DNA of 64,000 bases from Pristiophorus japonicus. Its lineage: Eukaryota. Both the position numbers and the translations under genes were made by a program. The DNA is taken from assembly GCF_044704955.1 (NCBI RefSeq), contig NC_091979.1:276148001-276212000 (forward strand). Direction: 5' to 3'. Of the stretch, positions 1 through 12,439 are shown in pieces; the stretch's first letter is position 1, and every line of letters begins with the position of its first letter. The notes under the pieces were generated by a model. It was not told where the DNA came from. It ran no database searches and saw nothing but the letters and a program-made list of their open reading frames with translations.

Positions 1-359
1 TAATTCTGACCACCTATTTGCAACTCGTACAATTTATCCCTCACAACGGTATTGGCCTCGGACTAAAGTTGTCGAGGGTAGCGGTTTGCAACGCTGAATT
101 TTACCGCTGCGCAAATTAATGGTTGAATTTCTGGCCTGATAGCGAAGTGAAAACGGTAATTTTGGCAAAAAAATACAGTTTTCACTGAAAACCGAATTTC
201 TAGCCCAATATGTCTAAATGCACATTAATGCACAATCCTGGCATTAAAGCTTCTTTTGACTTGTTACTCTCTTGTTTAGCAATAATCAATCTGGAACATA
301 CAAATTTACTTCATTCCCAAATCATGTTGATTTGTCCCATTTAAAACTGGTATTAAAAA

Positions 360-1545
360 CCTGGAGGGAATTGACAAATTGAGATCTTGCATAAAGAACC
401 CAGCATGGGTGTTGACCAATTTTGTCAATGTTTAATACTTTGGAGGAACACAAGAACATTAGATTGGAAAATTGCGCACGTCACTCCACTATTTAAGAAT
501 AGTGAGAAAGGGAAACCAGGGAATTGTAGACCAGTTAGCCTAACATTTGTTGTCGGGAGGTTGCTAGAGTCTATAATTAAGGATAGGGTGACTGAACATC
601 TCAAATTTTCAGTTGAACAGAGAGAGCCAGCATGGATTTATAAAGGGTAGGTCACGCCTGACAAACCTGATTGAATTTTTTGAAGAGGTGACTGAAGAAG
701 TGGACGGGGGAGTGTCTATGGATGTTATCTACATGGACTTTCAGAAGGCATTTGATAAAGTCCCATATAAGAGGCTGTTAACTAAAGTAGAAGCCCACGG
801 AATTGAATAATGAAAAACTAAAAACAGTGGAGGTCCAAAGAGACTTGGGTGTCTAGATACAAAGATCATTAAAATATCATGAACAGGTTCAGAAAATAAT
901 CATAAGGGTTAATGGAATGCTGGCCTTTATATCTAGAGGACTATAATACAAGAAGATAGATGTTATGCTGCAGCTATACAAAACCTGGTTAGACCACACC
1001 TTGAGTACTGTGAGCAGTTCTGGGCACCACACGTGAGGAAGGATATACTGGCCTTGGAGTGAGTGCAGCGTAGCTTTACCAGAATGATACCCGGACTTCA
1101 AGGGTTAAGTTACGAGGACAGATTACACAAATTAGGGTTGTATTCCCGAGAACTTAGAAGGTTATGGGGTAATCTGATCAAAGTTTTCAAGATATTAAGG
1201 GGAACAGATAGGGTAGATAGAGAGAAACTATTACTGCTTCTAGGGGATTCTAGGACTAGGGAGCATAGTCTAAAAATTAGAGCCAGCCCTTTCAGGAGTG
1301 AAATTAGGAAACACTTCTACACACAAAGGGTGGTAGAAGTTTGGAACTTTCTTCCGCAAACGGCAATTGACGCTAGATCAATTGTTAATTTTAAGTCCGA
1401 AATTGATAGCTTTTTGTTAACCAAAGGTGTCAAGGGATATGGGCCAAAGGTGGGTATATGGAGTTAGGTCACAGATCAGCCATGATCTCATTGAATGGTG
1501 GAACAGGCTTAAGGGGCTGAATGGCCTACCACTGTCCCTATGTTT
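360..1545 (+). mobile_element. CR1 LINE 3' portion, decayed with internal deletion
   Basis: RT peptides PGNCRPVSLT and DFQKAFDKVP, C-terminal FYTQRVVEVWNFLP, and CR1 3' UTR. Confidence 0.9.
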
Positions 1546-1548
1546 GTG

Positions 1549-1770
1549 AACATAAGAATTAGGAACAGGAGTAGGCTAGACGGCCCTTCAAGCCTGCTCT
1601 GCCATTCAATAAGATCATGGCTGATCTTCGACCTCAACTCCACTTTCTCGCCCGATCCCCATATCCATTGATTCCCCTAGAGTCCAAAAATCTATCTATC
1701 TCAGCCTTGAATATACACAACGACTCAGCATCCACAGCCCTTTGGGGTAGAGAATTCCAAAGATTCACAA
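1549..1770 (-). mobile_element. CR1 3' fragment, tail-to-tail with the previous copy
   Basis: aacataagaa tail and 3' UTR in reverse orientation. Confidence 0.85.
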
Positions 1771-1821
1771 AGAGGGGCAACAAGTCCGGGAGATCAAAAC
1801 CCAAGTTTTTTGAGGCTTGTT

Positions 1822-2098
1822 GATTGAGGGATAAATATTGGCCAGAACACCAAGGATAACTCCCTTGCTCTTCTTCGAAATAGTGCCATGGGATCTTTTA
1901 TGTCCATGTGAGAGAGTAGATGGTGCCTCGGTTTAATGTCTCATCTGAAAGATGGCACCTCCGACAGTGTAGCATTCCCTCAGCACTGCATTGGAGTGTC
2001 AGTCTAAATTTATGTGCTCAAGTCCCTGGCGTGGGACTTGATCCCACAATCTTCTGACTCAGAGGTGAGTGTGCTACCCACTGAGCCACAGCTGACAC
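1822..2098 (-). mobile_element. tRNA-derived Deu-domain SINE (SacSINE1/AmnSINE-like)
   Basis: A-box TGGCTCAGTGG and B-box-like head on the minus strand; similar to copies at 28940 and 41926; family name is from recall. Confidence 0.75.
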
Positions 2099-2384
2099 TA
2101 CAATGCATCATTGATTGCATTCGTCATGTCGTAGACTTTCAAGGTCTACAATTGAGGTGTTTAAAAGGAATAGATTGTGTTCAGGTGGATAGGTCATTTG
2201 CGTTAGATAGGGAAGGGGTACGAATGGACATCAGTACAAAATAAAAAAATATAGATGCCAGGAAGTACTTCTTTCGAACAAAGTCATCAATTTCTAAAAT
2301 ATTGTGCTAAAATGTTCCGTGAGGCTGGATTTTCTACAGGCCTCCAAAAGGGAACTGGACAAGTTCCTGCGTGAGGATATTATT

Positions 2385-3166
2385 TTGTTCTTGTTCTTGT
2401 ACTGGTAGTAGCAAAGCAAATAAAATGTCAATATCGAAATAAGATATCCAGGCCAAAGTTTCCGGTGTAACAGCGAGGATATCTTGTAGGCTGCATGCGA
2501 ATTTCCTCCGAGGACAGTGCTCAATGATGTGCTCCGGTGTCTGATTAGGAGCTCCTCAATTGCATGATGGGGATGCTTTAACCTTCCACCTATGGAGAAG
2601 GTGGCAGCATCTACCATGACCGGTTCTGAGGCAGTTAATGATCGTCCACAGTTTGTGAGGAAGGTTTGATCCTTCAGGTTGTACTGCGGGGTCATCTATA
2701 AGGAATCCATTCCGCATGTCACAGTTCTTCCAAGCATTTCATCATCAAGGCTGAAGGGAGATTGCTGAAGGGCTTCGGTGACGTTCCAAAATGGCCTTCG
2801 AGATTCAAGACGGGTTGATGGTAGGTTGTTCAAGTTGGCCTGGATCAGCATGTCTTTGCTGGTGTAGCATGGCCAGTCAAGGTGTTGGTGTCGATACAAG
2901 CGTAGCAGTGATAATTCTCATAGTAGAATTCAGCTGGACATCAATGGATTTGACATGTGGACTTGATAGCCATGCCGGACAGCAGTACTCCGCTGTAGAG
3001 TACGCCAGGGCGAGTGCTGCCATACGGAGGATTTGAGCGTCTGCTCCCCATGTGGACCCAGCAGGTTTCTGGATTATGTTGACCCTACTCTTTAGTTTTT
3101 TTCCCAAGGTTCAGGAGATGCTGTCTATATGACATGATGCAATCGAGCATGACTCCTAGATAGGTA
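2385..3166 (-). mobile_element. Ingi/Vingi-clade LINE, 5'-truncated, inserted in an older LINE fragment
   Basis: Peptide AGSTWGADAQILRMAALALAYSTAEYCCPAW; (aagaac)n tail; candidate TSD TATTATT at 2378-2384 and 3165-3171. Confidence 0.7.
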
Positions 3167-3544
3167 TTATTGTAATTTCCTTGTGTGAAATAAATTTTGG
3201 GGTCGGAGAGGAATTTCTGATAGTTTTTCCAAAACTGGTCTAAAGTTTTGCTTTAGATTGTCTTTCGCAGGAGATTGTGTGACTGGGAGGGTGTGTTGGT
3301 GGTGCACCATGGCTGGATGGACCAGTTGGTCTTTTCTTGTCCTGTTTTATATGTTGTATATGGTGAGCCAATGTAGGCTAGAGAGTGTTATATGAGCGTG
3401 ATGGTTGAGTGGGAATTAGTATAGGACAATGTAGATGTGACATAGGCAGCAGAGTTTCAGGCAAACATGGCTCACAGCTGGAGCCCCTTGAACAGCAATG
3501 GTTTTAGTGCCCAAAAAAACCCACAAAAAAACCCCAAAAAACAA

Positions 3545-3740
3545 AAAAAAAGGGGCACTTGAAAACTGTTTGGAGTGTCCCCCCCCCCCCCCCCCCCGCC
3601 TTTAATCAGGGGGCACTTGATTTAATGTTTGTTTTGTTTGCAATAAAAATAGTTGTAGAGCTGTTGAACAAGGGGCACTTGTTTGAACGTTTTTGGAGTG
3701 TCCCCCCCTTTAATCAGGGGGCACTTGATTTAATTGTTTA
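3545..3740. repeat. Local imperfect direct repeat, two copies of aaggggcacttg...ggagtgtc(c)n...tttaatcagggggcacttgatttaat
   Basis: Both copies are visible; ORF 3559 repeats WSVPP..FNQGALDL. Confidence 0.7.
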
Positions 3741-4663
3741 ATTGTCTTCAACCCAAAAGAGTTGTAAGATAACTGCCTCTCACATCCATATAGGTCAATA
3801 TAAAGTATTTGACAATCATACCTATATTTTTGAGTCTTGGGCAGCATTTACTGCCCATTCCTACTTCCTCTGAAGGCATTTAGAGTCAACCACATAGTGT
3901 GGGACTGGAGTCACATGTGTCACAGACTGGAAAGAGTGGCAGTTTCCCAGAAGGACAGAAGTCAACCAGTTGTTTTTATCACATTTCATGGTAATTCATC
4001 CCTGATACTAATTGTGACTTAACTGCCAATGTGCCCCACTGTTTATGTTGGCACATTTCTCCAAAGTTTACACCTTCTTGTGCACCCCACTTTGTACCGT
4101 GGGTTATGGACATTCCATATGATTGTCTCCCATGTCTGCTGGGGACTCTTGTTAGTGGACGTTTGCTCTTCCAACCTGTAGATTGGTATTTCTCCATTTG
4201 CTCATGTTATCTACAATAATTGGAAGGGCCGAAACAGTAAAGCGGGCCTTTCTATGTTGACTGTAGCCAATCTGAACATGCCATAGCTGGTATATAAACA
4301 GGGTTAATGTAATAGAGCACTATTATTGAAGTTCTCCCCCCGCCCCTACCACCAGTGGCTGCTCACAGTTGTTTACCTTCATTAAATCCGTTTACCTTAA
4401 TTAAATCCGCGGTACAAGCATGTATTGAGTAAACGTGTGTATTTCTGAGAATATGTCAAGAAAAACGGGGAAAAAACTCATCTAAGCACAGTGTGCTTAG
4501 AGCAAATTAAGCCCTTAAGAAAAGACATTCACTCCAGTTAAAGCAGATAGGTTATTTTTACGTACTGATGTTTGTGAGTGGAGACTTTGGCTAATAGAGT
4601 CCACTGAACAATTCACTTACATAATATCATTATATCTGGTGCAGTATAACCTGAATCACATAC

Positions 4664-4749
4664 CTGTTCTGAAAAATAATTATTCAAAGCCTGCTGGAAG
4701 CAAGGATGTTGAGATGTCTGATAGACAGTGATGCTCTCCAAAGGCACAT
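4664..4749 (-). CDS. UROS: UROS coding exon 7 (VPLESITVYQTSQHPCFQQALNNYFSEQ); remaining exons lie left of the window
   Basis: ESITVYQT motif; cag acceptor and GTATGT donor; the next exon (GVPASITFFSPSG in human) was not found in 1-4663. Confidence 0.94.
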
Positions 4750-5587
4750 CTGAAATTAGTGGAGACTTTTGTAAATGTAAAGCAAAAATATGTAGCTGGC
4801 AGTGCAAAAGCTCTAACGGATGCACATCACCTATTTGTGCAGACTGTTTCCACAAAAATAGAACAGATTTTCATGAACATTATTTCCTTACATCAACAAG
4901 AATCAATTCTTAACAAGGTTACAAGACACACTTGCATATTATAGCAAAAATACAAAAATGAATAGAAATTTCTGAAAGGAAAGCTGTGAGTAGAAATTAG
5001 GCTTGCATTTCTGAGATCTAGGTTTTAATCCAGCCCCGACTGATGGGATGAAAATCTCCTACATTGACTTGCTGTGAAGCTCCTCTTATTTGAAAATAAG
5101 TTTCGGGTGGGTAAACAACAATACATACAGGGGTAAATGCTATAATTAAATTAATGGATGAACATTATGTAAACTGCGAATCAGATGTTATCGAATATCT
5201 GGCATGCATTCCCATTGTGCCAAACTCATAATTTACCCCACAGTGTTATATGGGCGCTATGATAAACACAACGTAGTTTTAGAAACAGTCCAGTAGATTC
5301 AACATTGGAGAGTTGGACTCCCAAATACAGCCTGAGTTTGAATCCTACTATGGCAATTAGCCAGATTGGGAAGGCTTTCCAGTGAGAGTGTGAGGGAGGA
5401 TAAAATTCTGCTTATGCACATTCTATCTCATTTCATAAATAGATGAACATCATAGTACACTGTAGACTTTTGTGAAAGGTAAGTATCGCTGGGGTGAGGT
5501 GGCGAGAATGAAAAGGAATATGAAAAACAAAGATTGCATCTACTATTGACCAGTAATGATCAATTGCAATAGTTTAAAATAAACCCA

Positions 5588-6239
5588 GGGGCCGATTTTC
5601 ATCAAGGCCTCCGCCCACCCAAGTACCGCCCAAAGTGCCGGCAATGTACCGGACGGTACTTTGGGAGAGATATTCATGGCCAAGGTCCCTTGAAGGTTGG
5701 TGGGCAGCAAATGAACGACGTACGCCACCAATCTGGGCGGCAGCGGGCGGGAGGTCTCATTCTCGGCGCCAGAGGCGCTTGCCGCCCAAGTGGCACCAAG
5801 GATGGAATTGGGCCCACGGAGGGTCGAAGACCTGAAAAAAATAATCACCAATAAAAAATACAAAAACTGTCCGAAGACCTTCAGGGGATCCTATGCAGGT
5901 AATTGGCTGTTGACATTTTTTTTCACTTATCTTTTTTTCAGGTTCTTCAGACTTACCGTCGGGGACAGACCAGCCTCCAGCCAGCGGTGCATCCCCATTC
6001 TGCTGCCGAGTCCCACTGACTCCTACCCACAGGAATCTGGGAGCTTGGCAGGCGTGAGGTCAGTTGCACCACTCGGCCATCCGCTGAAGTCAAAGGGCGG
6101 TTCCCAGCAGCTCTCCCCTCCCGCCTACTGCAGGCCACCCCAAAAGTGGCAGTGGCAGTGGCCGGATCTTCAGGAGGAATGTCAGCGGGAATGGGCGGCA
6201 GTCAGCGGCAGTGGGCGGTGGCTGATGAATTTCGGCCCC
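5588..6239. mobile_element. PIF/Harbinger-type MITE
   Basis: TIRs GGGGCCGATTTTCATCA and TGATGAATTTCGGCCCC; 3-bp TSD CCA at 5585-5587 and 6240-6242. Confidence 0.85.
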
Positions 6240-6623
6240 CCAATCTTTTACCACAAGCTTAGCATAATGCATTTTTTTAAGTAACTTAATTAGTTCCTTA
6301 TGAAGAATGCACAAACAGCAGTGACCACAGGCCACTTTTTAAGGCTATTCTTTCTGTACTTCAAGTAAGAACAGACTTACATTAAAGAGATACAGCTTCT
6401 GATTTAAAAAAAATACGATAAATGTATAGCAGCTTGATCTGCATCTAAACATAAAAATGTTACCATTTCTTCATTAGAAATGGGTTTTAATGAAACATCA
6501 TATCTGAAACATTAACCTATCTTTCTCCTTCAGATACCGATTGATATGCTGTGCATTTTCTATTTTCATTACACATTTCCAGCGCTAATAGTTTTCTTTT
6601 TACCTCAGAAAATTAATACGTAC

Positions 6624-6707
6624 TGTTTTCTCTTAGACATTTGGGAAGTATCTCTCTTTTTAGTGCACCACAAGGGAACAGAAGAGGCAGGGACTTTGAA
6701 GATTCTT
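6624..6707 (-). CDS. UROS: UROS coding exon 6 (ESSKSLPLLFPCGALKREILPKCLREN)
   Basis: LPLLFPCG.LKREILPK motif; AG/GT boundaries. Confidence 0.95.
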
Positions 6708-7789
6708 CTGCAGAAAGCAAGATAATATTTTTTTTAAAGGCTCTGACACAATCCTTTTTCTGTGCATGGCACTTCAAAGCATAATCAGTGTTGTAAAAAA
6801 TGCAAATCCAAAATCAAAAAGCCTGCACCAGAAAAATCAGATCTATATGGACTGGTTGGGCTGAACAACCTGTTTCTGCGTTGTACTTTCTATGTAATAC
6901 ACTGTAAAGAAGCAACATAAAGTAACAATTCTAGTGTAACTTTAGCTTTGAGTTTTTCCTCTAACTCATCTCCGTAATATAGGATATATATTTTGTGAAG
7001 TCTAACACTGCCAGCTCCATGTCAATACAAATTGTTTTCAGGTGCCATCGATGGGAAACTGGTAGTATAACTTGGGAGTCAGCATCTGATCAAGTATACT
7101 AAGGCCAGCAGATGGGAAATTCCCTCTAGGAGGCTATCACACATCATATGAGTTTTAAAATCTCAACCTCCTGGGCACTTTCTTAATTTACTTTTAAATG
7201 TTTCATTGTTATGTGAAAGCCAATGCTGCAGCCTGCTCTCTGCTAACATAAAAAATTAGCTGGCCAAGTGGTAGAGCTCTGCTTATGTGCCCTGACCGAT
7301 ATTGACAGAGCTCCTTTATGGCTGACCTCTGACTCACAGCAATGTGCAGTGGGCAGTGTAGCTTTGGTCTGGCAACTGCACATTGCACTCCACAGATACT
7401 AGTCTGAGACTAGTAGCTGCAGTACAACTACAGCCTTTACTTCTTATGTTCTAAGGCACTAATCCTCATTTCTATCTCATACCTAATATAATTGTTTCTG
7501 TCTAACTGTTGCTGCATAGAACATTATTGACCATTTCCTGTTTGCTATTAAATACTAATCTAGTAGAACGTCTGACGTGTAGGGCATGCTTTGATAAGAA
7601 AGGAGTCAAGAAGTAGCCCAGTATATTTATTTTTGTACCTTCTTAAATATTAATGTCTTTTGTGCTAATTACTGACTGTAAAGTTATCTATATTCAAAAA
7701 TGACTATACCAATAAAATGTATGAACTGAATTTGAAATGTTTGCTAAAAAGAGATTTCACAAATTCCAAAGGTATGTTTGCTCACTTAC

Positions 7790-7864
7790 TGCTACAGATG
7801 TGCTCAGCTAGTTTTTCTGCATTTCCTGAGTCTTCTCCTTCTGTTGCAAGACCAATTTCCTTCA
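7790..7864 (-). CDS. UROS: UROS coding exon 5 (VKEIGLATEGEDSGNAEKLAEHICS)
   Basis: GNAEKLAE motif; AG acceptor and GTAAGT donor. Confidence 0.95.
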
Positions 7865-8049
7865 CTACAAAGAGAAAAAAAAAGATTTTTAATTGGTTGC
7901 AGTTACACATCAATCAGCATAATGGACCTGAAGAAAATATCATGACATAAATTTGCAGAATAACCTGTGGAAGTATTCTGTATATTCATAAGTGTGAACA
8001 CATTGGCCGCAAGCACTGAGGCGACTTTCTTACTCTCTGTTAACACATC

Positions 8050-9620
8050 CACCACTTTCAGCTGGACTAATCATAAGACTTAACATGCCAAGACTTCCCT
8101 CCATGCTTTCCTTCACATCTCCTACAATCGCTGTACCTCACTTCACTATACCACCTTCTCCTCACTCACCATTATTGCAATCCTGACTTACCCACATCTT
8201 ACACACTGACTATCAGCTATTCTACCACAACAGGCACATTCTCTAAACACCTCACAAGACTCTCACTAACACACTCCCTTATTCCTTGCAGGCAGGTCGC
8301 ACAGAATTCAAGACAGCAGGCTTGCACCTGAGGAGGAACTTCACCCCCAATGAAGAAACCATGCTGGCTATCATGGGCAGGGCAGAGTCGAGGCCGTGAC
8401 AACTGACAATGCTGGAGGAGGCATCATGTAGGATTTATACACACCTAATTGTCTCTGTTCCTTCTGACTTCTATCTCACCCGACACACTCAGCACGATAA
8501 GCTGCAGAAGCTTTCACCACCTACCTCTCTCTCTTTGTACTCCCTTGAAAGTGCTGAGAATGTGGACATCTCTTTGCCAATGGAGAAAGAAGAGGCGAGC
8601 CTTCCTGAAGATGCTCTGTTACTCGATCCAATCCTCGCAAGCTCCGCCTCAGGTTCTGGCACCATGCATACTTTAGAGGCTAGGTTACAGGATGTGTTTA
8701 CACGTGGTGACTCATCAGGCATAAATGCGCAGACCCTAGGACAGGGGAATAGGACGTCACAGGTGCCAGCTTGCTGGAGTGAGAAGTCGCATATTAGTTC
8801 CTGCAGTGGACTTGGATGCTGAATTTGAGGGCTCTGGCTACTGACAAAGGGTTATGGGCATATACCAGGAAATACTAGGTGCACTGGACAGCCTATCCGA
8901 GAGCTTGCGCACAATGTCACAAAGCATGGAGGAGTCCAGCTCTAACTTGTTTCAAGGCTTCGTGTAGAGCACGGAGACCATTCTGTCCAACATGGACCAA
9001 GCTGCCAGCTCCATTAACAACACAGAGGCACCCACCATAATGAAGCCTCTGCTGACAGCTTCCTTCACAGACTGCTGCCATGGAAGCTCAGATGGCAGCT
9101 ATTTTGGCTCTGGGTGCCAATGTTGACAGGGGCCTTCAAAGCGTCACAGGTAATCTTTCACTTTGTTCTCGCGCAGATCCATGGGAGTTCTGAAGTGCCG
9201 CCCCAGCAGAGCGGCCTTGGCTCCGTGGGAGAGGCTGAGACATAATATTAACGTCAAGGCAGGGAGAGTCACGTACTGTCAGCCGCAGGCCAACAGAAAC
9301 ATGGCGAGAGGAGCGGACTGGCCAGAAGAGGCCAAGGCAGGTTATAAAAACTTCCTTCTGTTTGAACTGCTTGTGGGCCAGGGGCAGGAGGAATGCTCAC
9401 CCCAATCCCCTCAAGGAGTCCTTGGGCTTCCCCAGCTGCAGCCTCTGCCCAATTGCGCAGCATGAGGGAATCTCCAACCCTCCGTTCTCACTGGTCCCCG
9501 GCTGTGGCCTCCTGCTGCCAAATTCCCACTTTTTCCCATCGACTATGCAGTGAATTTGGCTGGGTGTCGCGTGGGATTCTGAGAAGTTTTATTTAAATGA
9601 GGCCTTGCCAAGTTTCATCT
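8050..9620 (+). mobile_element. Decayed remnant, possibly the Myb/SANT-like ORF region of a Harbinger transposon
   Basis: GC-richer island with broken coding-like segments (e.g. EETMLAIMGR near 8353-8383); family assignment is pattern recall only. Confidence 0.35.
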
Positions 9621-10249
9621 GTAGTTCTCTGGCTACTCCTCAGAGGCGAATGCTCCCCCAACAGTTCAGTATCAACCAATCAGATGCTTTGGAAAATTGT
9701 CAGTTACCTGTTCTGATTGTTTGTACTGCCAATTAATCAAAAATAGTACAAAAACAATTCAGCTCTCCTTCAACCACCATAAGCATTCTCTGTTTAAGGC
9801 CCAACAATACTAAGTTGTAATTTACCTGCATATGCACTGCCTGATGCTTCCTCTCCAGGTGTATCTCCACTATCCTCCTTCCCAATTGCTCACTACTAGA
9901 CCTCCTGCATTGTGATAGACCTTGGCCCTTGCCTGAAGCCATGCCTCTACCCATATTCCCATCTACTTCCAGGTCTCATCTTGCTACTTGTTTCTTAACC
10001 AGTCTCAATTACTCACTGTTAGGCCTCCGATCCTGTGAAAAACACTGGGAGATGGACTAGTAAACAAAAATAACAAAAAGGCAGGAACAGTTCTGAATTA
10101 GCAACACAATCTGCAAGTTCAGGAATAACTACTCAAGCTTCATTCTTAGTGTATAATTTTACCAGAATCTTCTGATTAATTTATCTCTTATTTTGCCCAA
10201 TTATGACAGCACATATATCTGCGATGTACATGAAACTAACTTTTCTCAC

Positions 10250-10327
10250 CTAAATTGGCTGTAGATCTTCCTACAACATAGATAGATTTTTCATTCCACT
10301 GTTCTTTTAAAGAATTATTATTCCATT
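10250..10327 (-). CDS. UROS: UROS coding exon 4 (WNNNSLKEQWNEKSIYVVGRSTANL)
   Basis: Matches SLKEKWNAKSVYVVG; phases fit the flanking exons. Confidence 0.94.
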
Positions 10328-11457
10328 CTATTAAAAAGGAAAAAGATTAGGAAATATGATTAATTACATTAAAGATTTTTAATTCAAAATTATTTTTTCC
10401 TTTTTCATTACATTTCCTATTCATTATCAAATCTACAGAATAGACCCAATAAAGAATTGGTTAACACATTTATTATAATAGAATCAACAATATGCTACTT
10501 GTTATTTCCAAACTTATTTCTTTTTATAATTTATAAAATTCTACTCATCATTCAGTGGGCTCTTACCATATTAGAAATGAGTAAAACTGCTTCTCTATAA
10601 TGAGGGACTCACTTTATGGCTGTCGGAATAAATGTATTGCCTGCAAGCAAGAAATTGCTGATGACAGTAGGGGCTTAACTCCCTGAGCCATTTACGTTAA
10701 GGTGTAGATGCGACCTAATTATAATCGCTGTTTGAAATAATTGTTGCCTATTCCTACTGATCTATTAAATTATATTGCTTGTATGTCTCCTTGTTTTTAA
10801 CAAGTTTGTTAACATTTTTTCAAATAGTATTGCATTGACTAAGTACATTGCCGAATGTAAAAATTATACATATTTTATTATTCAATGATGCTTGAAATAA
10901 AACAACATTGGAGGGTTGCTCATTTGAAACCATTTAAACTCCATTTATGGTTATAATAGGATATCAGATTTGTAATCTAGATTGCTGAATTTGACATCCT
11001 TTCAGAAAACTAAACATTCCATGCATGTGAATTCAGAATTGTATTGACTGCTAAGCAAGGACACAGGTTTCACTCAGAAACACTCAGTGCCAAAAAATAT
11101 GGCAGTTGCTCGCTCCTTTGCTGGCCACTTTCCACCACTGTGCAGGTGTTTTTCTCCATACCATGCATGATGGCTAACTTAAATAATATTTACAGTTTAA
11201 AAAAAATACCTAATTGTATTCACAAGCATTGTTTATTTATTTAGTCTTCACTGAGTGATAAAGGTTAAGTGATGTAAAAACTACTGTACAGGTATGTAAA
11301 CTTTCCACAAGGGGAAGGAGAGAAAATTGCCATGTTTTGTCTTCTGGCTCCATTTTGGGTGGTTTTCAGAGTCTACAGGTACAAGGCTGGAACATTCAAA
11401 AGCAAATCAAATAACCAATCAAACAAAATGGGATATAAAAACATGAAACAGACTAAA

Positions 11458-11590
11458 CCAGTACTGATGAAGGGTCACCCCTGAAATGTTAACCTTTCAT
11501 TTGCTTTTAGATGCTTATTGACTTGTTGTGTATTTCCAATATTTTCTGTTACTTTTTTAGATTTCCAGTACTCGTAATTTTTCTTTTAAT
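11458..11590 (+). mobile_element. Penelope-like terminal-repeat relic with minimal hammerhead core (a more decayed copy at ~6488-6600)
   Basis: CTGATGA-AGGG-tcac-CCCT-GAAA at 11464-11486, followed by a T-rich tail shared with the copy at 6488-6600. Confidence 0.55.
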
Positions 11591-11774
11591 CCCTGCGTAA
11601 TATAGTGTTTTCATTAATTCAGTAAAATGGGTTTGGAAATGAAGAGTAGCCCTTGAATTTTTCAGAAATTTTTGATCAATCCTTTCTCACTGATTCAACA
11701 ACAGTAAGTCAAACTAACTTTTGTAATATCAGCAACTCTATCATGTGTACAAGCATTTTTTTTAAATTAAGGCA

Positions 11775-12235
11775 TTAGAGACGGTGCAGAAGAGATTTAC
11801 TATCAGGGATGAGGGACTTCAGTTATGTGGAGAGACCGGGGAAGCTGGGGTTGCTCTACTTAACACAGAGAAGGTTAAGAGGAGATTTGATTGTGGTGTT
11901 CAAAATCATGAATAGTTTTGATAAAGTAAATAAGGAGAAACTGTTTCCAGTAACAGAAGAGTTGGTAATCAGAGGGCGCAGATTAAAGGTGATTGGCAAA
12001 AAAACCAGAGCCAACATTATTAAGCAAGTTGTTGTGATATGAAATACACTGTCTGAAAGAGTGGTGGGAGCAGATTCAACAGTAACTTTCAAAACGGAAT
12101 TGGACAAATACTTGAAGGGAAAAAAAATGACAGGGCTTTAGGGAAAGAACAGGGGATTGGGGCTAATTGGATAACTCTTTCAAAGAGCTGACACAGGCAT
12201 GATGGCCTGAATGGCCTCCTTCTGTACTGCAACAC
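11775..12235 (+). mobile_element. CR1 3' fragment
   Basis: Peptide RRLRGDLIVVFKIM; CR1 3' UTR. Confidence 0.85.
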
Positions 12236-12439
12236 TATGATTTTATTCACTCTCAGGATTTGGGCATTGCTAGCAAGGCTGGAATGTATTGCCCATCCCT
12301 ATTTGCCCTTGAGAAGGTGGTGAAAAGGCCTTTTTCTTAAACCACTGCAGTCTGTGTGGTAAAGATGCTCCCACAATGCTGATAAGGAGTAAAATAGTAA
12401 AATGTATAATTGGTTAACTTAAAAGTGAAACACCAAAAC

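Noticed and set aside
1-208. Possible right end of another Harbinger-type MITE (gaatttctagccc)
   Set aside because: The matching left TIR would be outside the window, so it cannot be verified.
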